Made by a program: the position numbers and the translations under genes
Assembly (NCBI RefSeq): GCF_003334765.1
Contig: NZ_QOWT01000010.1
Strand: one strand, 5' to 3'
Source of the DNA: Escherichia coli
Lineage (GTDB): Bacteria; Pseudomonadota; Gammaproteobacteria; Enterobacterales; Enterobacteriaceae
Length of the DNA stretch: 64,000 bases
Shown: one piece after another, positions 1 through 14,930 of the stretch
Position numbering within the stretch: position 1 is the first letter of the stretch
Layout of the letters: each line of letters starts with the position of its first letter
The notes under the pieces: generated by a model
Told to the model about the DNA's origin: nothing
Database searches by the model: none
What the model saw: only the letters and a program-made list of their open reading frames with translations

Positions 1-1627
1 ACCCTTGGGCAAACAGAATTTCACTTTGCTGGATTAAACTCCACAAAGCGTAGTGCCAGACATCGTGCTGGCGTGCCATCTGTTCGGTTTGCTGCATTAG
101 CGCCAGTGAGCGGGTCAATTCGCCTTTGCAGTGCAGCACTTCACCCAGCACCGAGGTTGCCACAATGCGGCTATAGAACCAGCCCGGCGGCAGCTCTTCC
201 AGTGCCAGTTTTGCCAGCCGTTCCGCTTCATCCGGATTACCATCGTTAATCGCCACCTGGGCGCGCAGAGCGTTAAATTCTGCGTGCATGGTGTCTTCTC
301 TGATGTCCTTGATTTCATGTTCAGCACGGGCTAGCAGGGTGTTAACTTCGCCGTAGCGATGTTGGCTTTGCATCAGCCACGCCTGCAATAACACCAACTG
401 CGGATTTTCCAGCAAGCTGTCCCACGGCAGGGCCTTAAGCGACTCTTCCAGCAGCGACAGTTCGCTATGGTTGAACAGACTCCAGGCGTGATTAAGCAGA
501 ATATCGCGCAGCATCAGCGCATCGCCTGCCGCCAGCGCATGATGAATCGCTTCGCTGGGAAATCCCTGGGCCATCCAGCTTTCTGCGGCGGCACGGTGGA
601 TTTCCGGCAGCTCCGCCGCCAGTTCCCACTGGCAGCGCTGGCGCAGGAAGTTACCAAACAGCGGGTGATAGCAGAACCACTCGCCGGTATCATCCATCCG
701 CTGTAAAAACAGCCCCTGACGCTCAATCTCTTCGAGGCGCATTTGCCCGTTTTCTTCGCCGGTCACACGGGTGATGAGGGCATCGTTCATTGAGCGCAAA
801 ATGGCGCTTTTCAACAGAAAATGGCGCGTTGCGAGATCGACGTTATCCAAAACCTCATCGACCAGATAATCCGAAAGATGGCTGGCATTGATTCCCGCCA
901 GGCGGCGTGCCGACTTATGGGCTGAGTGGGTATTCTGCCGGGCGGAGAGGGCGATTAGCTGTAGTGCCGTCGCCCAACCGGAAACGTCATCGCAAATCCG
1001 ACTGCTTTCTGCGGCTTCAATCGGCGATGACAGACGGCAATCAAAAAACTGCTTCGCTTCCTGATGGGTAAATGCCAGTTGCTGACTGCCAATTTCCAGC
1101 AGTTGATCACGAACACGCAGATTGGCAATGCCCAGTTGCGGAAGGTTGCGTGACAACACCACCAGGGTGAGATTTTCTGGTTGATGGCGAATAAAGAAGC
1201 GCATTGACTCGTGGATCACTGGATTAGTGATCAGATGATAGTCATCGATGACCAGATAAAGTGGGCTATGCCATTCCGCCAGCTCAATGAAAAGCTGGGC
1301 GAAGAGTGACGTCAGGCTGGCATATTGCCGTTTTTGCGCCATCGTCTCACATATCGCACAGTGACCGTTGGTTGCCTGCTGCACGGCGGCAATGAGATAG
1401 CTGGCGAAACGCTCTTGCTGGTTATCACCTTCATCCAGCGAGTACCAGCCGATATCGTTTTTGCCTGCCGCCCACTGGGAAATGAGGGTGGTCTTTCCGT
1501 AGCCCGCAGGACTCGTGATCAGCGCCAGCCGGAAGTTGTTCGCGCCGGAAAGTTTAGCCAGCAGGCGCTCACGAACCACGGTATGGTCGAGTCGAACCGG
1601 ACGACTTAGTTTTGACGGAATCAGCAT
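1..1627 (-). CDS. malT: MalT, maltose regulon transcriptional activator (5' portion only; gene continues beyond window start)
   Basis: Reverse complement of ~1590-1627 translates [12 protein letters not shown], the MalT N-terminus; reading frame stays open to the window edge; divergent from malP as in K-12. Not in the ORF track because it is truncated by the window. Confidence 0.88.
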
Positions 1628-2120
1628 AGTTAATCACTTCACTGTGGAAAATGAGGAAATATTATTTTTTTTGCGCTTCGTAATTAATGGTTATAAGGTC
1701 GGCCAGAAACCTTTCTAATGCAAGCGATGACGTTTTTTTATGTGTCTGAATTTGCACTGTGTCACAATTCCAAATCTTTATTAACAACTCACCTAAAACG
1801 ACGCTGATCCAGCGTGAATACTGGTTTCCCTTATGTTCATCAGATTCATTTAAGCAAGGGTTTCTTCTTCATTCCTGATGAAAGTGCCATCTAAAAAGAT
1901 GATCTTAATAAATCTATTAAGAATGAGATGGAGCACACTGGATATTTTACTTATGAAACTGTTTCACTCCTTTACTTAATTTATAGAGTTACCTTCCGCT
2001 TTTTGAAAATACGCAACGGCCATTTTTTGCACTTAGATACAGATTTTCTGCGCTGTATTGCATTGATTTGATGCTAATCCTGTGGTTTGCACTAGCTTTA
2101 AGTGGTTGAGATCACATTTC

Positions 2121-2170
2121 CTTGCTCATCCCCGCAACTCCTCCCTGCCTAATCCCCCGCAGGATGAGGA
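2121..2170 (+). promoter_or_regulatory. malP promoter region with two inverted MalT-box hexamers (GGATGA / TCATCC)
   Basis: tcatcc at ~2126-2131 and ggatga at ~2162-2167, about 70-110 bp upstream of the malP ATG. MalT box consensus GGA(T/G)GA is from established knowledge; exact site boundaries not verified. Confidence 0.55.
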
Positions 2171-2214
2171 AGGTCAACATCGAGCCTGGCAAACTAGCGA
2201 TAACGTTGTGTTGA

Positions 2215-4632
<2,418 letters not shown>

Positions 4633-4641
4633 GGAAGCTCG

Positions 4642-6726
4642 ATGGAAAGCAAACGTCTGGATAATGCCGCGCTGGCGGCGGGGATTAGCCCCAATTACAT
4701 CAATGCCCACGGTAAACCGCAGTCGATTAGCGCCGAAACCAAACGGCGTTTGCTTGACGCGATGCATCAACGTACCGCCACGAAAGTGGCGGTAACGCCA
4801 GTCCCGAATGTCATGGTTTATACCAGCGGCAAAAAAATGCCGATGGTGGTGGAGGGCAGCGGCGAATATAGCTGGCTGCTGACCACCGAAGAAGGAACGC
4901 AGTACAAAGGCCATGTAACGGGGGGCAAAGCGTTCAATCTACCGACGAAGCTGCCGGAAGGTTATCACACGCTGACACTCACCCAGGACGACCAGCGCGC
5001 GCATTGCCGGGTGATTGTCGCCCCGAAACGCTGTTACGAACCGCAGGCGTTGCTGAATAAACAAAAGCTGTGGGGTGCCTGCGTTCAGCTTTATACGCTG
5101 CGATCGGAAAAAAACTGGGGTATTGGGGATTTTGGCGATCTCAAAGCGATGCTGGTGGATGTGGCAAAACGTGGCGGGTCGTTCATTGGCCTGAACCCGA
5201 TTCATGCGCTCTATCCGGCAAATCCGGAGAGCGCCAGCCCATACAGCCCGTCTTCTCGCCGTTGGCTGAATGTGATTTATATCGACGTTAACGCCGTTGA
5301 AGATTTCCATCTTAGCGAAGAGGCTCAGGCCTGGTGGCAGTTGCCGACCACGCAACAGACGCTGCAACAGGCGCGCGATGCCGACTGGGTCGATTACTCC
5401 ACGGTTACCGCCCTAAAAATGACAGCATTACGAATGGCGTGGAAAGGTTTCGCGCAACGTGATGATGAGCAGATGGCCGCGTTTCGCCAGTTTGTTGCAG
5501 AGCAGGGCGACAGCCTGTTCTGGCAGGCAGCCTTTGATGCGCTACATGCCCAGCAAGTGAAAGAGGACGAAATGCGCTGGGGCTGGCCTGCATGGCCAGA
5601 GATGTATCAGAACGTGGATTCACCAGAAGTGCGTCAGTTCTGCGAAGAACATCGTGATGACGTCGATTTTTATCTCTGGTTGCAGTGGCTGGCTTACAGC
5701 CAGTTTGCCGCCTGCTGGGAGATAAGCCAGGGCTATGAAATGCCGATTGGCTTGTATCGTGATCTGGCGGTTGGCGTAGCGGAAGGTGGGGCGGAAACCT
5801 GGTGTGACCGTGAACTATATTGCCTGAAAGCATCGGTTGGCGCGCCGCCGGATATCCTCGGCCCGTTGGGGCAGAACTGGGGATTACCGCCAATGGACCC
5901 GCATATCATCACCGCGCGTGCCTATGAACCGTTTATCGAGCTGTTGCGTGCCAATATGCAAAACTGCGGCGCATTACGAATTGACCATGTGATGTCGATG
6001 CTGCGTTTGTGGTGGATACCGTATGGCGAGACGGCAGATCAGGGCGCGTATGTTCACTATCCGGTGGATGATCTGCTCTCGATTCTGGCACTCGAAAGTA
6101 AACGTCATCGCTGTATGGTGATTGGTGAAGATCTCGGTACCGTACCGGTAGAGATTGTCGGTAAGCTGCGCAGCAGCGGTGTGTACTCTTACAAAGTGCT
6201 CTATTTCGAAAACGACCACGAGAAGACGTTCCGTGCACCGAAAGCGTATCCGGAGCAGTCGATGGCGGTTGCGGCGACACATGACCTGCCAACGCTGCGC
6301 GGTTACTGGGAGAGCGGGGATCTAACGCTGGGCAAAACCCTGGGGCTGTATCCGGATGAAGTGGTACTGCGCGGTCTGTATCAGGATCGCGAACTGGCGA
6401 AGCAAGGGCTGCTGGATGCACTGCATAAATATGGTTGTCTGCCGAAACGTGCCGGGCATAAGGCATCGTTGATGTCGATGACGCCGACGCTGAACCGTGG
6501 TTTGCAGCGCTACATTGCCGACAGTAACAGTGCTCTGTTAGGACTACAGCCGGAAGACTGGCTGGATATGGCCGAACCGGTGAATATTCCTGGCACCAGT
6601 TACCAGTATAAAAACTGGCGACGCAAGCTTTCCGCAACGCTTGAGTCGATGTTTGCCGATGATGGCGTGAACAAGTTGCTGAAGGATTTGGACAGACGGC
6701 GCAGAGCTGCAGCGAAGAAGAAGTAG
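4642..6726 (+). CDS. malQ: 4-alpha-glucanotransferase (amylomaltase)
   Basis: 694-aa ORF starting 10 bp after malP stop; MESKRLDNAALAAGISPNYINAHGKPQ recognised. Confidence 0.97.
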   Translation: MESKRLDNAALAAGISPNYINAHGKPQSISAETKRRLLDAMHQRTATKVAVTPVPNVMVYTSGKKMPMVVEGSGEYSWLLTTEEGTQYKGHVTGGKAFNLPTKLPEGYHTLTLTQDDQRAHCRVIVAPKRCYEPQALLNKQKLWGACVQLYTLRSEKNWGIGDFGDLKAMLVDVAKRGGSFIGLNPIHALYPANPESASPYSPSSRRWLNVIYIDVNAVEDFHLSEEAQAWWQLPTTQQTLQQARDADWVDYSTVTALKMTALRMAWKGFAQRDDEQMAAFRQFVAEQGDSLFWQAAFDALHAQQVKEDEMRWGWPAWPEMYQNVDSPEVRQFCEEHRDDVDFYLWLQWLAYSQFAACWEISQGYEMPIGLYRDLAVGVAEGGAETWCDRELYCLKASVGAPPDILGPLGQNWGLPPMDPHIITARAYEPFIELLRANMQNCGALRIDHVMSMLRLWWIPYGETADQGAYVHYPVDDLLSILALESKRHRCMVIGEDLGTVPVEIVGKLRSSGVYSYKVLYFENDHEKTFRAPKAYPEQSMAVAATHDLPTLRGYWESGDLTLGKTLGLYPDEVVLRGLYQDRELAKQGLLDALHKYGCLPKRAGHKASLMSMTPTLNRGLQRYIADSNSALLGLQPEDWLDMAEPVNIPGTSYQYKNWRRKLSATLESMFADDGVNKLLKDLDRRRRAAAKKK

Positions 6727-6734
6727 AGTGCGGT

Positions 6735-6830
6735 TGATGCCGGATGCGATGCTTGACGCGTCTTATCCGGCCTACTAATTCATCCCGAATCGTAGGCCGG
6801 ATAAGGCGGTCACGCCGCATCCGGCAGTCA
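6735..6830. repeat. BIME: two REP palindromic units in inverted orientation
   Basis: gccggatgcg...gcgtcttatccggcctac followed by gtaggccggataaggcg...cgccgcatccggc, between convergent malQ and gntT. Confidence 0.8.
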
Positions 6831-6836
6831 GTGTTA

Positions 6837-8153
6837 TCAAATCACCATATTCAGCAGCAGACAGCCTACCAGACCGCACACCGAGATAATGGTTTCCAGC
6901 ATCGACCAGGATTTGATGGTCTCGCCGATAGTCAGGTTAAAGTACTCTTTGAACAGCCAGAAGCCCGGATCGTTCACATGAGAGAAAATCACACTACCGG
7001 AACCAACCGCAATAACCATCAGCTCCGGGCTAACACCCGTCGTTGCAATCAGCGGTGCCGCGATACCACCCGCAGTGATTGCCGCAACGGTTGCGGAACC
7101 CAGCGCGATACGCAGTACGGCAGCAATCGACCAGGCCATCAGCAGCGGAGAAATGTTGGTTTCGTGCATCATGGAAGCAATGTATTTGTCCACGCCGCTG
7201 TCTACCAGCACCTGCTTGAACGCACCGCCACCACCGATGATCAACAGCATCATCGCAATGATTTTGATGGAAGAAACCAGCGTGTCGTTAATCTGATCCA
7301 TTGAACGACCACGGTTTAGACCAAAGGTGAACATCGCAATCAGCACGGCAATCAGCGTTGCCATTACCGGGTCACCGAGGAACTCCGCTACCGGCAGGAA
7401 AGCGTGACCTTTCGGCAGGATCATTTCGGCAATCGCACGCATCGCCATCAGTACTACCGGCACCAGAGAGGTCCAGACGCTGACGCCAAAGCTCGGCATC
7501 TCTTCTTCGCTGAAGGTTTTCGCGCTGTAGAGACCTTCCGGAATTGGCTTATCGATACCTTTCAACACGCGAGCGTAAACCGGACCGGCGAGAATCACGG
7601 TCGGGATTGCCAGAATAGTACCGTACAGCAGGGTTTTACCCATATCGGCATTGAAAATGGTGGCAATCGCAGTCGGACCCGGATGCGGTGGCAGGAAGCC
7701 GTGGGTCACAGACAGTGCAGCCGCCATTGGTACACCAACATACAGCAGTGGAATATTCGCAGAAGCCGCGATGGTAAACACCAGCGGCAGCATCAGCACA
7801 AAGCCCACTTCATAGAACAGGGCAAAACCAACGGTAAAACCGGTCAGTACCACCGCCCACTGGATGTGTTTTTTACCAAATTTGGCAATCAGCGTGGTGG
7901 CGATACGTTGTGCGCCACCGCAGTCTGCCAGCATTTTGCCCAGCATTGCGCCAAAACCCATGATCAGGGCAAGGCTACCGAGCGTCCCGCCGACACCGGC
8001 TTTGATGGAGCCAATAACTTTATCCAGCGGCATTCCTTGCATTAATCCAACAGCAAGCGCCACGAGGACGAGAGCGATGAAGCCGTTCATTTTGAAGCGG
8101 ATCATCAGGAGCAACAACAAGATTACACCGATAGCAACAATGACTAATGGCAT
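6837..8153 (-). CDS. gntT: High-affinity gluconate:H+ symporter
   Basis: 438-aa ORF; MPLVIVAIGVILLLLLMIRFKMNGFIALVLVALAVGLMQGMPLDKV recognised; GntP family. Confidence 0.95.
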   Translation of the reverse strand: MPLVIVAIGVILLLLLMIRFKMNGFIALVLVALAVGLMQGMPLDKVIGSIKAGVGGTLGSLALIMGFGAMLGKMLADCGGAQRIATTLIAKFGKKHIQWAVVLTGFTVGFALFYEVGFVLMLPLVFTIAASANIPLLYVGVPMAAALSVTHGFLPPHPGPTAIATIFNADMGKTLLYGTILAIPTVILAGPVYARVLKGIDKPIPEGLYSAKTFSEEEMPSFGVSVWTSLVPVVLMAMRAIAEMILPKGHAFLPVAEFLGDPVMATLIAVLIAMFTFGLNRGRSMDQINDTLVSSIKIIAMMLLIIGGGGAFKQVLVDSGVDKYIASMMHETNISPLLMAWSIAAVLRIALGSATVAAITAGGIAAPLIATTGVSPELMVIAVGSGSVIFSHVNDPGFWLFKEYFNLTIGETIKSWSMLETIISVCGLVGCLLLNMVI

Positions 8154-8172
8154 GATTTACCTGGCCTTTCAT

Positions 8173-8189
8173 TTGTTATGGGTAACGTC
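8173..8189. promoter_or_regulatory. Candidate GntR operator (gntT-proximal)
   Basis: ttgttatgggtaacgtc, an imperfect palindrome TGTTA-N-TAAC about 20 bp upstream of the gntT start codon. Confidence 0.45.
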
Positions 8190-8313
8190 AATTTTCTGAC
8201 GACAAACTCTAATTATCCCAATCGGGAACAGAGATATTGCGGCACCACGACTGATACCCACTAAAACTAATTATTGTAGTCAGATGTCAGGAGTATGTTT
8301 GGTACCCATGTGA

Positions 8314-8329
8314 ATGATACGGGTAACAT
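8314..8329. promoter_or_regulatory. Candidate GntR operator (gntT-distal)
   Basis: atgatacgggtaacat (reverse complement atgttacccgtatcat); shares the GGGTAAC core with the proximal site. Confidence 0.45.
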
Positions 8330-8456
8330 CTGGCGTTTGAGAATCACCAGAGCGGGGTAAATTTAAATTATGAGAGGTTGGTCATATTATCGCGGGGAAA
8401 CGAACCGAGGATTTGACAAAGCAATGCTGCGCCAACGTCTGGCACATGTTCAACGT

Positions 8457-8512
<56 letters not shown>

Positions 8513-9088
8513 TTAGTAGTAGGAGTGTTCGCCGCGCTGGTGTTCGGTGAGATCGCGCACACCTTTCAGCTCCGGGAATTCGTTCAGCAGCTGCTTCTCG
8601 ATCCCTTCTTTCAGCGTCACATCGACCATGGAACAACCGTTACAGCCGCCGCCAAATTGCAGAATGGCGTAACCGTCTTCGGTGATTTCCATCAGCGAAA
8701 CGCGACCACCGTGACCAGCAAGCTGTGGGTTGATCTGCGACTGCAGCATATACTCCACGCGCTCCATCAGCGGTGCATCGTCTGCCACTTTACGCATTTT
8801 GGCGTTCGGGGCTTTCAGCGTTAACTGGGAACCCAACTGGTCGGTAACAAAATCGATCTCTGCATCTTCCAGGTATGGTGCGCTTAACTCATCAACATAC
8901 GCGGTCAGCAGGTCAAATTTCAGGGCTGTGTCGGTGGCTTCCACAGCGTCCGGCGGACAATAAGAAACGCCACATTCAGCGTTAGGCGTGCCAGGGTTAA
9001 TCACAAATACGCGGATTTGTGTCCCTTCTTCCTGATTTGCCAGCAGTTTGGCAAAGTGCGCTTGTGCAGCATCGGAAATACGGATCAT
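8513..9088 (-). CDS. nfuA: Fe-S cluster carrier protein NfuA
   Basis: 191-aa ORF; [16 protein letters not shown]...; C-terminal CxxC ([17 protein letters not shown]) visible. Confidence 0.95.
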
Positions 9089-9146
9089 AGTAATGGCCTA
9101 ATAGTTGACTATTTTAGTTGGTTATAATACGCCCATCATCGAGGCT

Positions 9147-10638
<1,492 letters not shown>

Positions 10639-10666
10639 GTGGCTTTTGAAATGGCGAGACAGAACT

Positions 10667-11545
10667 TTACTGACTCGCCGCAGCCAACTCTTCTTCTGAC
10701 AGCCCGGTAAAGCGCATGATGTCTGCAAGAGGAACTCCGGATTCAAGCATTATTTTGGCTATATGCAGGGCTTTGGATTGTTCCCCCTCCTGCCGCAATC
10801 TTTCCGCAATAGTCATTAAACTCTCCTTGTGTTTCGGTGAACGTTCGGCAACGCCGTCGATAAAATCGTTAAAACGTACAGCGTCGCCAGTTTGCAGTAT
10901 GTAATTAAACAGCCCTTTGATTTGTCTGTCATTAGCGTATCCACTACTTAATAAGCAGGCCATTTGCTCTACCAGCCCCATCAGGTCGCGTTGACGAATA
11001 TGTTTTTGAATTAACTCCAGCAGCGCCATACGTCGGTGCTGCATGATTTCATCATCAGGCATGACGGTGACATCAATCAGCGGAAATGCGGAGGCATAAA
11101 GCTGCCTTGCCAGTTTGGGATCGGCGAAACAATCCAGCCAACACAGCGAATAGGGATAGGGGCTTTCAATACCGTGGTAAAACAACAATGGCACCACCAT
11201 CGGCAACGTTTTGTATCCAGCATCAAGGTGATTTTGCATTGCGGCAATAGCGTAACGCATCATGCGAAATGCGATCAGTTTGTTTGAGGTGCTTTGATGT
11301 TCAATCAGACAATAGATGTATCCTGGTCCTTGTTCCGTTTTCACCGACCACAGCACATCGGAATAGCTTTCACGCAGATCGTCATCAATAAAGCTGCTCG
11401 ACTCCAGCTTGAGGGTTTTCATATCACAAAGCGCGTGAATGGGTGCCGGTAAATGAAACGCAAGAAAATCACGAGCCGTGTCCGGTTGGCGTAAAAAGAG
11501 TTTGAACAGCGCATCGTGTGGGGTGGAACTCTGCTTTTTGCTCAT
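10667..11545 (-). CDS. rpnA: Recombination-promoting nuclease RpnA (YhgA), transposase_31 / PD-(D/E)XK family
   Basis: 292-aa ORF; [33 protein letters not shown] recognised as YhgA; no flanking inverted repeats seen. Confidence 0.88.
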   Translation of the reverse strand: MSKKQSSTPHDALFKLFLRQPDTARDFLAFHLPAPIHALCDMKTLKLESSSFIDDDLRESYSDVLWSVKTEQGPGYIYCLIEHQSTSNKLIAFRMMRYAIAAMQNHLDAGYKTLPMVVPLLFYHGIESPYPYSLCWLDCFADPKLARQLYASAFPLIDVTVMPDDEIMQHRRMALLELIQKHIRQRDLMGLVEQMACLLSSGYANDRQIKGLFNYILQTGDAVRFNDFIDGVAERSPKHKESLMTIAERLRQEGEQSKALHIAKIMLESGVPLADIMRFTGLSEEELAAASQ

Positions 11546-11688
11546 GGCGTTCCTTCACCTGTTGTTTGAATGCCGCGACTCTACGCGCCACTCCACACCT
11601 GTGTATTAGCGAGTTTTCATCCCTGCGAGATGCTTTCAAAGGAACTTACGCCGTGCTGCAAGAGTTGCATTTTTATGGAAAGCCGCAC

Positions 11689-11723
11689 GCAAAAAAGCCC
11701 GGATGCAGACGCATACCGGGCTT
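11689..11723 (-). terminator. Rho-independent terminator downstream of feoC
   Basis: On the minus strand AAGCCCGG-13 nt loop-CCGGGCTT followed by TTTTTT; lies 25-60 bp after the feoC stop. Confidence 0.7.
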
Positions 11724-11747
11724 TCCAAAACAGGCGATGGAGTAAGG

Positions 11748-11984
11748 TTAACGCAGCGCCCACCACTCGCGCAGACAGGCTTTTCCTTCCGGGCAGCTTT
11801 TACAACTGCCAGAGAGGCAGCCGTCAGGTTCTTCCTGAATCCGCACGGCTTTGCCCATACTTTCCAGTTGTTGCAGCATGGCGTTAATCATTGGCTGTGG
11901 AGTGTTCAATGTCTGGCTTATCTGGGCCGCTTCCATACGGCCCCGTAACGCCAGCAAATCGCGCACCTGAATAAGTGAAGCCAT
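11748..11984 (-). CDS. feoC: FeoC, ferrous iron transport transcriptional regulator-like protein
   Basis: 78 aa from ATG at 11984 ([17 protein letters not shown]...); ORF track extends 3 codons upstream via a non-ATG start; start overlaps feoB stop as TAATG. Confidence 0.88.
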   Translation of the reverse strand: MASLIQVRDLLALRGRMEAAQISQTLNTPQPMINAMLQQLESMGKAVRIQEEPDGCLSGSCKSCPEGKACLREWWALR

Positions 11985-14305
11985 TAATGGCAATCACCGG
12001 TGGTGCTGGCTGCGCAGCAACTGCTTACCGACTTGCGGGTTGCCAGCAGTTCGATATCCACCCGGCTACGCGCGCGGCGCAGCAGACCGATAACCACGAT
12101 GTTAAACAGGATAACCGCCAGAATGCACACCAGGCTGTAAGTTGGATGCTGACTGTAGCTGGCGACCTGATAGAACAATGTTGCCAGTGAGTAAGCGATA
12201 TTCAGCCCCCACAGGATGGAGAAGCCCATCCAGCCACGGCTTGATTCACGGGCGATAGCCCCCATCACCGAGATACATGGTACATACAGCAGGACGAAAA
12301 TCAGGTAGCTGTAAGCTGCTGCTGCGCTACCGAATTTCTGATCCATCACGCCCATCGCCCCGGTACCCATTTCGCCGTCGCCTTTGCTGGCTTCAATGGG
12401 GTTCATCAGTACGCTAAGGCTGAAGGTGTCTTTCAGGCTCTGCCAGGTTTCATCTATCGCACTGAACAGCTCTTCACCGAGGTTAAATTCTGCCGGATTG
12501 AACTCTTCGTCCTGAATATTTTCTGCGGTGTAGAGGGTGTTGAGCGTACCCACTACCACTTCTTTCGCCATGGCACCTGTAAACAGGCCAACCGTTGCCT
12601 GCCAGTTATCTTCATGCACGCCAATTGGCTTGAAGACCGGGGTGATCACCCGGCTGACGGACGCCAGCGCCGAGTCGTTGATGTTATCGACGATTTTCCC
12701 GCTCAGCGAGAAGCTGTTGAAAGCGCTCAGGAAAATGCTGACGATGATGATCACTTTACCAGCACGCAGAACGAAGCCTTTCAGACGCTGCCAGGTCTGG
12801 ATAATCAGGCTTTTAACGTGTGGTACATGATAGACCGGCAACTCCATGACAAACGGCGTCGCTTCACCGCGCATGATGGTGTACTTGAGCATCAGGCCAG
12901 TCAGCACCGCCATCACAATACCCAGCATATACAGCGAGAAGACCGCCAGCGCACCGTTCTGCCCGAAGAAGGCAGCCGCGAATACTGCGAAGATAGCCAG
13001 ACGCGCGCCGCAGGACATAAACGGTGCCATCATGATGGTCATCAGACGTTCACGCGGTGCATCAAGCGTACGTGCACCCATTACCGACGGTACGTTACAA
13101 CCGAAACCGACGATCAGCGGCACAAAGGATTTCCCCGGCAAGCCCAGCGCCTGCATCAGACGGTCCATCACAAACGCCGCACGCGCCATATACCCGGAGT
13201 CCTCAAGGAAGGAGAGGAACAGGTACATCATGCCAATCTGCGGCACCAGTGGCAGCACGGTGTTAATGCCGCCACCCAGGCCCTGGGCGAGGAAGATAGT
13301 CAGCCAGTCCGGGAAGTGGAGCGTGTAGCCAATCCATTGAATACCATGCACAAATAGCGCCACGGAGCCGACGTCAAACAGCGGCTGTAACGCCCCGCCG
13401 ATGTTGATAGCCAGCAGGAACATCAGGTACATCACAAAGAGGAAAATCGGCAGACCGAGGAAACGGTTGAGCACGATTTTATCTACCGCAGTGGTGAAAC
13501 GGCTGGGTTCTGCCGTCAGGGTGTTGCTTACCACATCACAGATGGCAGCAATGCACTGGTAACGCGCATCGGCAATGTGCAGCGCCGGATCGTCCATCTC
13601 ATTACGCAGACGGGCGAGGGCGGCATCCAGATGCTGCGACGCTTCACCGGCGTAGGCGCGGCTGTAGATATCGCCTTCCAGCATTTGCAGGCCCAGCCAG
13701 CGACGTTGTTTCAGCGGGATGTCGGAAGGCATCACTTTTGCCAGTGAATCTGCTTCGTTGAGCAGCGGCTGTGCGTAATGCACCAGTTCCACATTCTCGT
13801 TAGCTTTATAGCGATCAATCGCCAGCTTGAGCGCTTCAATACCGCGACCACGGGTTGAAACCAGCGGGATCACCGGACAGCCCAGACGCGCCGACAGAGC
13901 ATCAATTTCAATACGAATATTTTGCTTCTCGGCAATGTCGAGCATGTTCAGTGCCACAATGCAGGGAATGCCGAGTTCCAGCAGTTGTAGCGTCAGGTAC
14001 AGGTTACGCTCAAGGTTAGACGCATCCACCACGTTAATCAGCAGGTCGGCGTCGCCACTCAAAATGTAGTGACAGGCGATTTGCTCATCGAGCGAGGTCT
14101 GCGATGAGATGGTGGTCAGAGAATAGGTGCCGGGCAGGTCCACCAGCGTGACCTGATGATCGGTGGTGGAGAATTGCCCTTCTTTACGTTCGACGGTAAC
14201 GCCAGCCCAGTTACCTACACGCTGACGTGAGCCAGTGAGCTGGTTAAATAACGTTGTCTTGCCAGAATTTGGATTACCAATTAAGCCAATGGTTAATTTT
14301 TTCAT
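11984..14305 (-). CDS. feoB: Ferrous iron transporter FeoB (GTPase + permease)
   Basis: 773 aa from ATG at 14305 ([26 protein letters not shown]1 motif GNPNSGKT); ORF track adds 4 upstream codons. Confidence 0.95.
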   Translation of the reverse strand: MKKLTIGLIGNPNSGKTTLFNQLTGSRQRVGNWAGVTVERKEGQFSTTDHQVTLVDLPGTYSLTTISSQTSLDEQIACHYILSGDADLLINVVDASNLERNLYLTLQLLELGIPCIVALNMLDIAEKQNIRIEIDALSARLGCPVIPLVSTRGRGIEALKLAIDRYKANENVELVHYAQPLLNEADSLAKVMPSDIPLKQRRWLGLQMLEGDIYSRAYAGEASQHLDAALARLRNEMDDPALHIADARYQCIAAICDVVSNTLTAEPSRFTTAVDKIVLNRFLGLPIFLFVMYLMFLLAINIGGALQPLFDVGSVALFVHGIQWIGYTLHFPDWLTIFLAQGLGGGINTVLPLVPQIGMMYLFLSFLEDSGYMARAAFVMDRLMQALGLPGKSFVPLIVGFGCNVPSVMGARTLDAPRERLMTIMMAPFMSCGARLAIFAVFAAAFFGQNGALAVFSLYMLGIVMAVLTGLMLKYTIMRGEATPFVMELPVYHVPHVKSLIIQTWQRLKGFVLRAGKVIIIVSIFLSAFNSFSLSGKIVDNINDSALASVSRVITPVFKPIGVHEDNWQATVGLFTGAMAKEVVVGTLNTLYTAENIQDEEFNPAEFNLGEELFSAIDETWQSLKDTFSLSVLMNPIEASKGDGEMGTGAMGVMDQKFGSAAAAYSYLIFVLLYVPCISVMGAIARESSRGWMGFSILWGLNIAYSLATLFYQVASYSQHPTYSLVCILAVILFNIVVIGLLRRARSRVDIELLATRKSVSSCCAASTTGDCH

Positions 14306-14321
14306 TGTTGTTATCACCGTA

Positions 14322-14549
14322 TTAACAGGAAACCGCTTCCACTTCTAATAAGGCCAGATCTTTTTTGCGTAATACCAGGCTCACACGACGGGTTTCGATA
14401 TGAATGGGGTCGCCGAGTGGAGCGACGCGCACCACATTAAAAGAGGAGCCAGGTAACATGCCAAGAGAAAGCAGTTTTTGGCGATATGCCGGGCTGATTT
14501 CACGGGAAAAGCCAGTGATTTTCCACGCAGTATCTGGAGTGTATTGCAT
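14322..14549 (-). CDS. feoA: FeoA
   Basis: 75-aa [40 protein letters not shown]...; 16 bp upstream of feoB. Confidence 0.95.
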   Translation of the reverse strand: MQYTPDTAWKITGFSREISPAYRQKLLSLGMLPGSSFNVVRVAPLGDPIHIETRRVSLVLRKKDLALLEVEAVSC

Positions 14550-14654
14550 AGGTGCCTACTTGTTTCTCATTAACTGGATAACTACCTCATGGGGCGTTTG
14601 ACAGCGACATGAGACCAGATGATTTGCCAACAAAGGAGAGATTAAATAATCAAC

Positions 14655-14680
14655 AACACAATGATAATGAGAATGGTTTC
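14655..14680. promoter_or_regulatory. Candidate Fur box upstream of feoA
   Basis: aatgataatgagaatgg resembles the Fur consensus GATAATGATAATCATTATC; about 110 bp upstream of the feoA ATG. Confidence 0.5.
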
Positions 14681-14738
14681 TATCAGCAATACTTAAAATG
14701 TGTGCGAATGTTGGTTTGAATAATAATCTGACTCAATG

Positions 14739-14752
14739 TTGATGTGGCTCAA
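14739..14752. promoter_or_regulatory. Candidate FNR site upstream of feoA
   Basis: ttgatgtggctcaa = TTGAT-N4-cTCAA, one mismatch to TTGAT-N4-ATCAA. Confidence 0.5.
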
Positions 14753-14880
14753 GGTTATATCGCAGCGAAAATATAATTCGAATAGTGAATTACCCGGACT
14801 GGCTAATGTTTAATTAAGGTTTCAGTTGTTAATGAAATGATAAATATTGCCGGAATATATTATGAGTTTGGCTGTGGAAT

Positions 14881-14913
14881 AAAAATGCCGGAGATATTCT
14901 CCGGCACTTTTAT
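14881..14913 (-). terminator. Rho-independent terminator downstream of tex/yhgF
   Basis: tgccggag-atatt-ctccggca hairpin flanked by an A-run on plus (T-run on minus). Confidence 0.65.
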
Positions 14914-14930
14914 GTCAGGCAAGGCGTTCG

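Noticed and set aside
1741-1770. CRP site for the malT promoter around tttgcactgtgtcacaatt
   Set aside because: Only one half-site (TCACA) is convincing at the expected spacing; malT is known to be CRP-dependent but I cannot place the site reliably by eye, so it is not listed as a feature.
10667-11545. rpnA/yhgA as an active insertion sequence
   Set aside because: Single transposase-family ORF without terminal inverted repeats or target-site duplication visible in the flanks; consistent with a domesticated Rpn nuclease gene.
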